From an uncultured Actinomycetota bacterium (GTDB taxonomy: Bacteria > Actinomycetota > Actinomycetes > Actinomycetales > Cellulomonadaceae): a stretch of DNA of 64,000 nt. The position numbers and the translations under genes were made by a program. Position 1 is the stretch's first letter; every line of letters begins with the position of its first letter. Below are positions 24,647-34,942 of the stretch, in pieces. A model generated the notes under the pieces. It did no database searches. It worked only from the letters and a program-made list of their open reading frames with translations, and was not told the origin of the DNA. The stretch lies in contig CAWCGP010000008.1 of NCBI GenBank assembly GCA_963795145.1, forward strand, positions 160,370-224,369, given 5' to 3'.

Positions 24647-25884
24647 TCACCGCTCGACGATGGAGCCCTTCGGCACGACGGTGATCCCGCTCTCGGTCAC
24701 CGTGAACCCGCGCGCGCGGTCGTGCTCGGGGTCGAGCCCGATCCGTGCGCGCGTCGGCGACGATGACGTTCTTGTCGAGGATCGCCCGGTGCACCTGGGC
24801 GTGCCGGTGCACCTTGACGCCGTCCATGAGCACGCTGTCGGAGACCGCGGCCCACGAGTGCAGGTACGACCCCGGGGGAGAGCACGGAGCCGGACACGGT
24901 GGCGCCGGACACGATGACGCCCGGGGAGACGACGGAGTCGGCCGCGTAGCCGATCCGGTCCGGTCCGGCGTGGACGAACTTCGCCGGCGGCAGACCGGTG
25001 TACCCCGTGTGCAGCGGCCACTCGTTGTTGTAGACGTTGAACACCGGGTTGATGGAGATGAGGTCCTTGTTCGCCTCGAAGTAGGCGTCCAGGGTCCCGA
25101 CGTCGCGCCAGTAGTCGCGGTCGCGGTCGGTCGAGCCCGGGACGTCGTTGTGGATGAAGTCGTAGACGCCGGCGGTGCCCTTGGCGACGAAGTACGGGCA
25201 CGAGGTCGCCGCCCATGTCGTGCTTGGAGTCCGGCGTTCTCGGCGTCCTCGGTGACCGCGCGGACGAGGGCGTCGGCGTTGGCCACGTAGTTGCCCATCG
25301 AGGCGAGGATCTCGCCGGGGGAGTCGGCCAGGCCGACCGGGTCGGACGGCTTCTCGCGGAACGCCGCGATCTTCCGCGGGTCGTTCGCGGTGGTCTCGAT
25401 GACGCCGAACTCGGTCGGCCAGCGCGATCGGCTGGCGGATCGCCGCGACCGTGAGCTCCGCACCGGAGTCGACGTGGGACTCCACCATCTGGGAGAAGTC
25501 CATCCGGTAGATGTTGTCGGCGCCGACCACCACGACGATGTCGGGGCGCTCGTCGTCGATGATGTTGAGGCACTGGTAGATCGCGTCGGCGCTGCCCAGG
25601 TACCAGTGCTTGCCGACCCGCTGCTGCGCCGGGCACGGGCGTCACGTAGTTGCCGAGGAGGTTGGACATCTGCCACGTCTTCGTGACGTGCTTGTCCAGG
25701 CTGTGCGACTTGTACTGGGTGAGCACGACCACCCTGAGGTACCCCGAGTTGATGATGTTCGACAGGGCGAAGTCGATCAGCCGGTAGATGCCACCGAACG
25801 GGACGGCGGGCTTGGCTCGGTGCGAGGTCAGCGGCATCAGTCGCTTGCCCTCCCCACCTGCGAGGACGATTGCGAGTACGCGCG
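24647..25884 (-). CDS. glgC: Glucose-1-phosphate adenylyltransferase GlgC (frameshifts)
   Basis: [92 protein letters not shown]...[40 protein letters not shown]...[107 protein letters not shown]. Confidence 0.9.
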
Positions 25885-25975
25885 GCGCTGCCATGGGGCG
25901 AAACATAGGCCCGCCGATGTGAGCCGGGCCACCCGAACCGGCGCCCGTGTCGTCGTGTCGCGCTAGCGTACCCGC

Positions 25976-27201
25976 GTGAGAGTCGACCTGCTGACACGTG
26001 AGTACCCGCCCAACGTCTACGGAGGGGCCGGCGTGCACGTCGCCGAGCTCTCCGCGGTGCTGCGTCGCAGCCTCGACGTGCGGGTCCGCTGCTTCACCGG
26101 GAAGGGTGGCGCCGCCGAGGGCGACGGCGTGACCGAGTACGCCGTGCCGGCCGAGCTGGCCCGGCGCGAACGCCGCGCTCGCGACCTTCGGCGTCGACCT
26201 CGCGATGGCCGACGACCTCGGCGGCGCCGACCTCGTGCACTCCCACACCTGGTACGCGAACCTCGCCGGCCACCTCGGCGGGCTGCTGCACGGCGTGCCG
26301 CACGTCGATCTCCGCGCACAGCCTCGAGCCGCTGCGCCCGTGGAAGGCCGAGCAGCTCGGCGGCGGGTACGCGCTGTCGTCGTGGGCGGAGCGGACCGCG
26401 TACGAGGGCGCCGCCGGGATCATCGCCGTGAGCGGCGGCATGCGGGACGACATCCTGCGCTGCTACCCGCAGGTCGACCCCGACCGGGTCCACGTGGTGC
26501 ACAACGGCATCGACCTGTCCGGCTGGCAGCGGCCGGCGGAGGGCAGCGACGAGGCGGCCGGACCGCGCGGGATGGTGCGCGAGCTGGGCATCGACCCCGA
26601 CCGCCCGTCGGTCGTCTTCGTCGGCCGCATCACGCGGCAGAAGGGCCTGCCGTACTTCCTGCGTGCCGCCGAGCTGCTGCCGCCCGAGGTGCAGGTCGTG
26701 CTGTGCGCGGGCGCGCCGGACACCCCCGAGATCCACGCGGAGGTGACCGCGCTCGTCGAGAAGCTGGCGCGAGACGCGCACCGGCGTCGTGTGGATCTCG
26801 CGCATGCTGCCGCGCGACGAGCTCGTCGCCGTGCTCGCGAGCGGCACCGTGTTCGCGTGCCCGTCGGTCTACGAGCCGCTCGGCATCGTCAACCTCGAGG
26901 CGATGGCGGTCGGCCTGCCGGTGGTCGGCACCGCGACCGGCGGCATCCCCGAGGTGGTCGACGACGGCGTCGACCGGCGTCCTCGTGCCGATCGACCAGG
27001 CGCAGGACGGCACCGGCACACCGCTCGACCCCGAGCAAGTTCGTCGCCGACCTCGCCGACGCGCTCACCCGGGTCACCTCCGACCCGGCGCGGGCCGCCG
27101 AGATGGGGGTCGCCGCGCGGCACGCGGGTCGAGGACCACTTCTCGTGGGACGCGATCGCGCGACCGCACGCATCGAGGTCTACCGGTCGGTCGTCGGCTG
27201 A
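25976..27201 (+). CDS. glgA: GT4 glycogen/alpha-glucan synthase GlgA (actinobacterial GlgA/GlgM type), frameshifts
   Basis: [42 protein letters not shown]...[99 protein letters not shown]...[56 protein letters not shown]...[41 protein letters not shown]. It is divergent from glgC. Confidence 0.85.
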
Positions 27202-27631
27202 CCGGGGCGTCGCCCGGGCCCGATCGGGGCGTCGGCGGCCGCGCGGGTCGGCGTCGACCGGGTGGGCCCGGATGCTCACGCGTCCGGGTCGGGTGCCGAT
27301 GGGAGGGCGACCACCCCGTCCTTCCTGACCGAGGCCCCAGATGACCACCGCCCCGTCCGCGTCCCCCGTTGCGCCCGAGTTCGTCTTCGTCCCGCTCGAC
27401 GCGCGCCCGACCGCCCCGCCTCCATGCCGAGCGACCGCGAGCGCAGGGCGCTGCACCGCGCCTGGATCGCCGCCTACGACGCCGGGTCATGTCGGCCGCG
27501 AAGGTCGCGCTGCTCGACGCGCGCGCCCCGGGCTGGCGCAGCGCCGACGCGCGCGCGCTTCTTCGCCGGGCCGCGCTGACCCGTCGACGGGCGACCCCGT
27601 CGCCCGCCGCGTACCCCGGCGGCCCGCGCCG

Positions 27632-28874
27632 TCAGGGCGCGAGCGATGCCGCACGAGCGCGGTCGTCGCCGTGCCGCGGCGACCCCCGCCCGTCCGTGTT
27701 CTGCGTGAGCAGCCACAGGGCGCCGTCGGGCCCGACGGCGACGTGGCGCAGCCGGCCGAGCTCGCCGACGAGCGCCTCGCCCGGCTCGCCGGCGTCGTCC
27801 GCCGAAGAAGCGGACGGTGAGCAGCCGCTCGCCGCGCAGCCCGGCGACGTAGCACGGTGTCGCCAGCGACGGCGACGCCGCTCGGCGACGCGTCGTCGGG
27901 AGGCCACTCGGCGACGGGTTGACGAAGCCGTCGACGTCCGCCGAGCCCTCGACCTCCGGCCACCCGTAGTTGCCGCCGGGGACGATCGACGTTGAGCTCG
28001 TCGAGGGTGTCCTGGCCGAACTCGCTCGCGAACATCGTCCCGTCGTCGTCCCACGCCAGGCCCTGCACGTTGCGGTGACCCAGGCTCCACACCGGGCTGC
28101 CCTGCGTCGGGGTTCCCGGGCGCCGGGTCGCCGTCGGCGGTGACGCGCAGGATCTTGCCGGACGAGCGAGCCCGGGTCCTGGGCGGCGGGCCGGTCGCCG
28201 GCGTCGCCGGTGGCGACGTACAGCGAGGCCGTCGGGGCCGAACGCGATGCGGCCGCCGTTGTGGTTGCCCGCCGCCGGGATGCCGGTGAGCACGGGCTCG
28301 AGCGGCCCGAGCGTCCCGGCGCTCGCGTCGAGCGTCGTCCGGACCACCTCGTTGCCGTCGGCGGTCGTCCGGTAGAGGTAGACCAGGCGGTCCTGGTCGA
28401 CCGTCGGCGAGAGCGCGATCCCGAGCAGCCCGCCCTCGCCGCCGCTGCAGGGTGGTGGCGCGAGGTCCTCGGCGCCCGGGCCGGCCGAGCGTGCGTGGCG
28501 CCGTCGGCGGTCGAGCAGGACGACCTGCGGCCGGGTCGCGCAGGGTGACGAGCACCGCGCCGCCCGGCAGGAAGGCCAGGCCCCAGGGCGTGATCAGGCC
28601 GGCGACGACGTCCAGCGGGCGTCCCGGTCGCCGGCGGCAGGTCGGGACCGGCGGGCCAGGCGACGGGCGTGGTCGTCGGCGGTCGACGGCGTCGGGGCGG
28701 GGGCGGCCGGGGTGCTCGGTGCGGCCGGCGAGGATCGCGTCGGGTCCGCGCCCTGATCAGGCTCGGCCGTGCACCCGGCGAGCGCCATCGCCAACGCGAG
28801 GCACGCGGCGACCTTCGCGAGCGGTCGGCCGACGGGCGGCGGGCGCAGGCGTCATCGGACCACACTCACGCCGT
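27632..28874 (-). CDS. PQQ-dependent sugar (glucose/sorbosone) dehydrogenase family lipoprotein (frameshifts)
   Basis: Signal peptide and lipobox MTPAPAARRP...LAKVAACLALAMALAGCTAE, then ...[29 protein letters not shown]...[69 protein letters not shown]...ALWLLTQNTDGRGSPRHGDDRI. Confidence 0.7.
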
Positions 28875-28966
28875 CGGCGTGTCGGGGCAAGGGCCCCGGC
28901 CCTGCCCCGGCCTCGCGCGCTCCGGGAGCCGCGCGCGGGACGGGCGCTCGCGCGTCCGGCGGGACG

Positions 28967-29767
28967 TCAGGCCGGTCGCGCCGCCGGCGTCGCCGTGGCG
29001 GCGGACATCGCTCGCCGTGCGGCGCGGTCCACCTCGCGCAGCGCCGTGGAGCGCTGGTCCGCCTGCCAGAGGTTCACCGCGCCGCCGTCGTCCGCCGTGG
29101 CGAGGGTGACGATGGCGCGCAGCCGTGCGGCCTGGGCCAGCACCCGGACCCGTCGGCCGTCGAGGTCCGGCGGCACCGGCCACGGGGTGGCGGTGTCCGA
29201 GCGGAGGGCGGCGATCGCCTCCGCCGCGTCCGGACGCCAGCGGGCGACGTCGAGCGACGCCAGCGCCTCGGTCGCGGAGATCAGGGCGACCCGCAGCGCC
29301 CGCTCGGCGTCGGCGAGCGACCCGAGCGAGCCGAGCAGGGCCGTCCGCCAGTCCGGGATCGCGGTGACGTCCCACCGCACCAGGTGACCGGGCTCGAGCG
29401 CGCTGCCGAACGCCTCGACCTCGGGGACCGCGGCGAACGACCCGGCCGAGGTCCGGACCAGCACGCACTCGCCCGGCGTCGACGGCGTCCGTGCTGATCG
29501 CCGCCGGGACGCCCGCCAGGTCGCCAGGGCTGGGCAGGACGGCGGCGACGTCCCGGGGACCGCTCGCCCACGCCCCGACGAGGCCGCGCGAGGCCCTCGT
29601 CGGTCGGGCGCGACGTCGTCGGGCGCGGTCACGGTGTGCGGCTCGTCGTCGCCCTGGATCGCGGCGAGCGCCCGCTGCAGGGGGCCCGAGCCGGTCCCGA
29701 CGCCCTCGACCCAGAGGGCGAGGAGCACCGACCGGGGGAGGGCGAGCGGGTCGAGGGTCGGGTCCAC
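28967..29767 (-). CDS. Hypothetical protein, 266 aa, low-complexity Pro/Arg/Ser-rich centre; no recognisable family
   Basis: Intact ORF MDPTLDPLALPRSVLLALWVEGVG...ALISATEALASLDVARWRPDAAEAIAALRSDTATPWPVPPDLDGRRVRVLAQAARLRAIVTLATADDGG. It was called only because it fills a gap between two good genes on the same strand. Confidence 0.35.
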   Translation of the reverse strand: MDPTLDPLALPRSVLLALWVEGVGTGSGPLQRALAAIQGDDEPHTVTAPDDVAPDRRGPRAASSGRGRAVPGTSPPSCPALATWRASRRRSARTPSTPGECVLVRTSAGSFAAVPEVEAFGSALEPGHLVRWDVTAIPDWRTALLGSLGSLADAERALRVALISATEALASLDVARWRPDAAEAIAALRSDTATPWPVPPDLDGRRVRVLAQAARLRAIVTLATADDGGAVNLWQADQRSTALREVDRAARRAMSAATATPAARPA

Positions 29768-29872
29768 CCGATCAACCTACGGCGACCGGCGGCTCGCGGT
29801 GACGGCGGGCGACGTCGTGGACGCAGGTGTCGTGGCGCGGCGGCGCCCGGCCGCAGGCTAGGGTCGGGCACC

Positions 29873-30658
29873 ATGAACGAGGTGCTCGACCTGCAGGACG
29901 TGTCCATCCGTCGGGGTCGCAAGACCATCCTCGACGGGGTGTCCTGGCAGGTGGGCGACGGTGAGCGCTGGGTCGTCCTGGGCCGCAACGGCGCCGGCAA
30001 GACCACCCTGCTGCAGATCGCGGCGGGCCGCATGCACCCGACGTCCGGCACCGCGGACCTGCTCGGCGAGCGGATGGGCCGCGTCGACGTCTTCGAGCTG
30101 CGGCAGCGCATCGGGCTCGCCAGCTCGGCGCTCGCCGACCGGATCCCGGCGGGCGAGACCGTCCGCGACGTCGTCCTCACCGCCGCGTACGGGGTGACCG
30201 GCCGGTGGCGGGAGGCCTACGAGGCGCCGGACGAGCAGCGGGCGCTCGACCTCATGGCGGCCTTCGGGGTGGACACGCTCGCGGACCGCACCTTCGGGAC
30301 GCTCAGCGAGGGGGAGCGCAAGCGGACGCAGATCGCCCGGTCCCTCATGACGGACCCCGAGCTGCTCCTGCTCGACGAGCCGGCCGCGGGTCTCGACCTC
30401 GGCGGCCGCGAGGAGCTGGTCGCCGCCCTGGGCGAGCTCGCGGCGGACCGGCGGTCCCCGGTGCTCGTGCTCGTGACCCATCACGTCGAGGAGATCCCGC
30501 CGGGTTTCACGCACCTCATGCTGCTGCGCGACGGCCAGGTGCACGCGGCCGGCCCGCTGGCGGAGGTGCTCACCGCGGAGCAGCTCTCCGGGGCCTTCGG
30601 GCTGCCGCTCACCGTCGAGCAGACCGACGGCCGCTGGTCGGCTCGAGCCGCCCGCTGA
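29873..30658 (+). CDS. ABC transporter ATP-binding protein (FhuC/iron-siderophore-type single ABC domain), intact, no adjacent permease
   Basis: MNEVLDLQDVSIRRGRKTILDGVSWQVGDGERWVVLGRNGAGKTTLLQIAAGRMHPTSGTADLLGERMGRVDV...LSEGERKRTQIARSLMTDPELLLLDEPAAGLDLGGREELVAALGELAADRRSPVLVLVTHHVEEIPPGFTHLMLLRDGQV. Intact 261-aa ORF. Confidence 0.8.
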   Translation: MNEVLDLQDVSIRRGRKTILDGVSWQVGDGERWVVLGRNGAGKTTLLQIAAGRMHPTSGTADLLGERMGRVDVFELRQRIGLASSALADRIPAGETVRDVVLTAAYGVTGRWREAYEAPDEQRALDLMAAFGVDTLADRTFGTLSEGERKRTQIARSLMTDPELLLLDEPAAGLDLGGREELVAALGELAADRRSPVLVLVTHHVEEIPPGFTHLMLLRDGQVHAAGPLAEVLTAEQLSGAFGLPLTVEQTDGRWSARAAR

Positions 30659-30824
30659 CGCTGCCGTCGGGGCTCCCCGCGGTCTCGAGATCACCCGCGC
30701 GTCGCCCGCACGAGTTCCCACCGAAGGCAAAGAGATCCTCTAGAATGGGTACAGGCACGACCGTCGCCCGGCGTGCTGGAGCTGCCCCGCAGGTGCGGGG
30801 GCTCCCGCCCGAGAGGGGTCCGCG

Positions 30825-31300
30825 ATGGACTGGCTGTGGTGGTGGGGAGCGGCGCTGCTCCTCGTCGTGATCGAGATCGTCTCCCTCGACCTGGTGCTGC
30901 TGATGTTCGCCGGCGGGGCGATCGCCGCCGGGGTCGCCACCATGCTGGGCGCCCCGTTCCCGGTGCAGATCGTCGTGTTCGCGGCGGTGTCGGTCCTGCT
31001 CCTGGTCTCCCTGCGCCCGTGGCTGCTGCGCCACCTGCGCGACCGCGTGCCGCTCGTGGAGACCAACGCCGCCGCGCAGGTCGGCCGGCTGGCCATGGTG
31101 GTCCAGGACGTCGACATCGCACGGTGGGCGCATCAAGCTCTCCGGTGAGGTGTGGTCCGCCCGCTCCGCGCACGAGGGCGTCCGCCACGGGGTCGGCACC
31201 GAGGTGCGCGTGGTCGGCGATCGACGGCGCCACCGCCGTCGTCGACGACGCCTCCGTGCCCGCCCCCGTCCGGCGACGTCCCCGGGCCCGACCGCCGCCC
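30825..31300 (+). CDS. NfeD-family membrane protein (short form, partner of SPFH protein); frameshift, 3' end uncertain
   Basis: MDWLWWWGAALLLVVIEIVSLDLVLLMFAGGAIAAGVATMLGAPFPVQIVVFAAVSVLLLVSLRPWLLRHL... then ...GRIKLSGEVWSARSAHEGV..GTEVRVVAIDGATAVV (NfeD OB-fold C-terminus). A CTAGAATGGG -10-like element lies at about 30738. Confidence 0.65.
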
Positions 31301-31359
31301 CGTCCGCTCGATCCTGCGCCCGCAGCCGCATCCGCGCCCGCACCGACCCGAGGAGACCT

Positions 31360-32641
31360 CATGATCACGTCCGTCGGCACGACCCCCTCGATCGGCACGA
31401 TCGTCGGCTACGTCGTCCTGGGGCTGCTGCTGCTGTTCGTCGTCATCGCCCTGGCCCGGGCGGTCCGGATCGTCCCGCAGACCGTGGCGCTCATCATCGA
31501 GCGGCTCGGGCGCTACAACCGGACGCTCGACGCCGGGCTGCACCTGCTCATCCCGTTCGTCGACCGCGTGCGGGCGGGGGTGGACCTGCGCGAGCAGGTC
31601 GTGTCCTTCCCGCCGCAGCCGGTCATCACGTCCGACAACCTCGTGGTGAGCATCGACACGGTGCTCTACTTCCAGGTCACCGACCCCAAGTCGGCGGTCT
31701 ACGAGATCGCGAACTACATCACCGGCATCGAGCAGCTCACGGTGACCACGCTGCGCAACGTCATCGGGTCGATGGACCTCGAGCAGACCCTGACCAGCCG
31801 CGACCAGATCAACGGGCAGCTGCGCGGGGTCCTCGACGAGGCGACCGGCCGCTGGGGCGTCCGCGTCAACCGCGTCGAGCTCAAGTCGATCGACCCGCCG
31901 CAGAGCATCCAGGGCTCGATGGAGCAGCAGATGCGCGCCGAGCGTGACCGTCGCGCCGCGATCCTCACGGCCGAGGGCGTCAAGCAGTCCCAGATCCTCA
32001 CCGCCGAGGGTGACCGGCAGGCCGCGATCCTGCGGGCGGAGGGCAACGCGCAGGCGGCGATCCTCAACGCCGAGGGCGAGGCGCGGGCCATCCTGCAGGT
32101 GTTCGACGCCGTCCACCGCGGCGACGCCGACCCCAAGCTGCTCGCCTACCAGTACCTGCAGACGCTGCCGCAGATCGCCGAGCAGCGCGTCGAACAAGGT
32201 CTGGATCGTCCCGTCCGAGCTCACCGGCGCGCTCGGGCCAGCTCACGCAGCGGCTTCGCCGGTGCCATGTCCGGCGACGGCGACGCGGCACCGGCGGGCA
32301 CCGCGCGCACGCCCGGCTCGTCGCCGCTGCGGGCCGAGGACCTGCCGCCGACCGTGCTGCCGGACCCGGCCGTCGCGCTGGCGCAGGCGCGTCGCGACTC
32401 GGACGCCGCGACGGCCGACGCGATCAACGCCGGCACCCTCAGCGGGTCGCCGGCCGACCGTCTGGCCGAGGCCGGCCAGCGGCCCTACACCGGCCACCAG
32501 CCGCCGGCGACCGACCAGCCGCTGGCGACCGCGTCGACCCCGACGCGACCCCACGGTCGGGCCGGCGGCCCGCCGCTGCCGCGAGTCGAGCCGCCGCCGC
32601 CGCCGCCACCGGCCGAACCGGAGCCGCCCACCGAGGGCTGA
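31360..32641 (+). CDS. SPFH/band-7 (stomatin/prohibitin-like) protein with long Pro/Ala-rich tail (one frameshift about 32195)
   Basis: MITSVGTTPSIGTIVGYVVLGLLLLFVVIALARAVRIVPQTVALIIERLGRYNRTLDAGLHLLIPFVDRVRAGVDLREQVVSFPPQPVITSDNLVVSIDTVLYFQVTDPKSAVYEIANYITGIEQLTVTTLRNVIGSMDLEQTLTSRDQINGQLRGVLDEATGRWGVRVNRVELKSIDPPQSIQGSMEQQMRAERDRRAAILTAEG.... Confidence 0.8.
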
Positions 32642-33012
32642 CCGGCACCGCTCGGCAGCGCCGAGCGTCGACGGGTCGCCGGCCACCGCAGGCGGCCCGT
32701 CGGCGCTCACCGGGCCGTGCCGCGGATCGACGGTCGGGTGTGCGAGGCGCGTCCGGCGCCGCGACCCGCTCCCGACCGGCCCCCGAGGCCGGCGCGTGCG
32801 GGCCGGCGTCGAGGCGGTGTCAGGAAGCGCGCGTGCCGGGTTCGACGCGTCTCGCTGACCTGGGCTGGCGCGCGTCCGACGCGCGTCGGGCCGGCGGGCG
32901 GGCCGCGCGGACCGGGCGCGTCGCGGAACGGTCTCGGGGACTGCGCGGGTCTGCCTACGATGCCCGAGGTCGCACCGCCACGGGCGGCGACCCGGCGACC
33001 GGCGGAGGCCCC

Positions 33013-34942
33013 ATGCTCGTCCGACTGCTGCGGCAGCACCTGCGCCCGTACCGCGGTGCGGTGGTCGTCGTGCTTCTCCTGCAGGTCGTCCAGACGATCG
33101 CCACGCTGGTCCTGCCGTCGCTCAACGCCGACCTCATCGACCGAGGGCGTCGCCGCCGGCGACACCGGCTACATCCTGCGGACCGGCGCGCGTCATGCTG
33201 GCGATCAGCCTGGTGCAGGTGGCCTGCGCGATCGTGGCGGTCTACTACGGCGCCCGCGCGGCGATGGCGCTCGGACGGGACGTGCGCGGCCGCGCTGTTC
33301 ACCCACGTGCAGACGTTCTCGGCGCAGGAGGTCGCGCCGCTTCGGTGCGCCGTCGCTCATCACCCGCACCACGAACGACGTCCAGCAGGTCCAGATGGTG
33401 CTGCTGTTCGGCCTGACTCTCATGGTGACCGCGCCGATCATGCTCGTCGGCGGCGTCGTCATGGCCCTGCGCGAGGACGTCACGCTCTCCGCCCTGCTGC
33501 TCGTCGCGGTGCCGGTGCTCGCCGTGACGATCGCGCTGATCGTGCGCCGGATGGTGCCGCACTTCCGCGTCATGCAGAAGCGCATCGACCGGATCAACGG
33601 CGTGCTGCGCGAGCAGATCGCCGGCATCCGCGTCATCCGCGCGTTCGTCCGCGAGCGGCGGGAGTCCGAGCGCTTCGCGGCCGCCAACACCGACCTCATG
33701 GAGACGTCGCTGCGGGTCGGGTCGGCTGATGTCGCTCATGTTCCCCGCGGTCATGCTGATCATGAACGCCACCAGCGTCGCGGTCGTCTGGTTCGGCGGC
33801 CGGCGGGTCGACGCAGGCGACATGCAGGTCGGGGCCCTCATCGCGTTCCTCAGCTACATCATGTACATCCTCATGGCGGTGATGCTGTCCACGATGATGT
33901 TCGTGATGGTGCCGCGCGCGGTCGTGGCCTCCGAGCGCATCACCGCGGTCCTCGACACCGAGCCGAGCGTCCGGCCTCCGACCCACCCGCGCCGCCTGGC
34001 GTCGGCCAACGGCGCGCCGAGGAACGGGGTCGCGACTGCTGACCTGGCCGGCGCGACGGCAGCGGTCGGTGCCGCTGGACCTGCCGGCGCCGCTCGAGCG
34101 GCCGGTGCGGCCGGCTCCGGCGTCGTCCGAGGCGCTCTCCCGACCGCCGACGGGCACAGCCGGGTCGACGGGACCGGGCCGGGTGACCGGGTCGCGCGCG
34201 GCCACCTCGAGCTGCGGGACGTCGACTTCCGCTACCCCGGCGCGGAGGCGAGCGTCCTGCACGGGGTGAGCCTGACGGCGCGCGCCGGGCCGCACGACGG
34301 CGATCATCGGCGCCACCGGCTCGGGCAAGACCACGCCTCCTCAACCTCGTGCCCCGGCTGTTCGAGGTGACCGGCGGGGCGGTGCTCGTCGACGGGATCG
34401 ACGTGCGCGAGCGGGCACCCGAGGAGCTGTGGGCCGGCATCGGGCTCGTTCCGCAGAAGGCCTTCCTCTTCGGCGGCACCGTCGCGTCCAACCTGCGCTA
34501 CGGGAAGCCGGACGCGACGGAGGACGAGCTGTGGCACGCGCTCGAGGTCGCGCAGGCGCGGGACTTCGTCGAGCGGCTCGATGCCGGCCTGGACGGCCCG
34601 GTCTCGCAGGGCGGTACCAACCTCTCCGGCGGCCAGCGCCAGCGGCTGGCCATCGCCCGTGCCCTCGTCCGGCGGCCCTCGCTCTACCTGTTCGACGACG
34701 CGTTCTCCGCCCTCGACGTCGCGACCGACGCCCGGCTGCGCGCGGCGCTCGAGCCCGAGACCCGGGACGCCACGGTCGTCGTGGTCGCCCAGCGGGTCGC
34801 GACGATCCGCGGGGCCGACCAGATCGTCGTCCTGGACGACGGCGCGGTCGTCGCGACCGGGGACCACGAGGGCCTCATGGAGTCCTCGGAGACGTACCGC
34901 GAGATCGTCCTGTCCCAGCTCAGCGCGCAGGAGGCGGCATGA
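33013..34942 (+). CDS. ABC exporter, fused TMD-NBD half-transporter (heterodimer partner 1), with a ~65-aa Gly/Ala-rich insertion between TMD and NBD; frameshifts
   Basis: MLVRLLRQHLRPYRGAVVVVLLLQVVQTIATLVLPSLNADLID...LMVTAPIMLVGGVVMALREDVTLSALLLVAVPVLAVTIALIVRRMVPHFRVMQKRIDRINGVLREQIAGIRVIRAFVRERRESERFAAANTDL...ERITAVLDTEPSV... [insertion ...NGAPRNGVATADLAGATAAVGAAGPAGAARAAGAAGSGVV...] ...LELRDVDFRYPGAEASVLHGVSL...[32 protein letters not shown]...VVVAQRVATIRGADQIVVLDDGAVV. Confidence 0.8.

Noticed and set aside
25884-25976. Regulatory element in the glgC/glgA divergent intergenic region
   Set aside because: Only about 90 bp with no clear palindrome or promoter hexamers that I could defend.
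27341-27631. Small ORF(s) downstream of glgA (MTTAPSASPVAPEFVFVPLDARPTAP... / ...SDRERRALHRAWIAAYDAG...)
   Set aside because: Two short overlapping frames with weakly protein-like segments. This could be a frameshifted small conserved protein, as occurs downstream of glgA in other actinobacteria, but the frame cannot be resolved and no family motif is recognisable.
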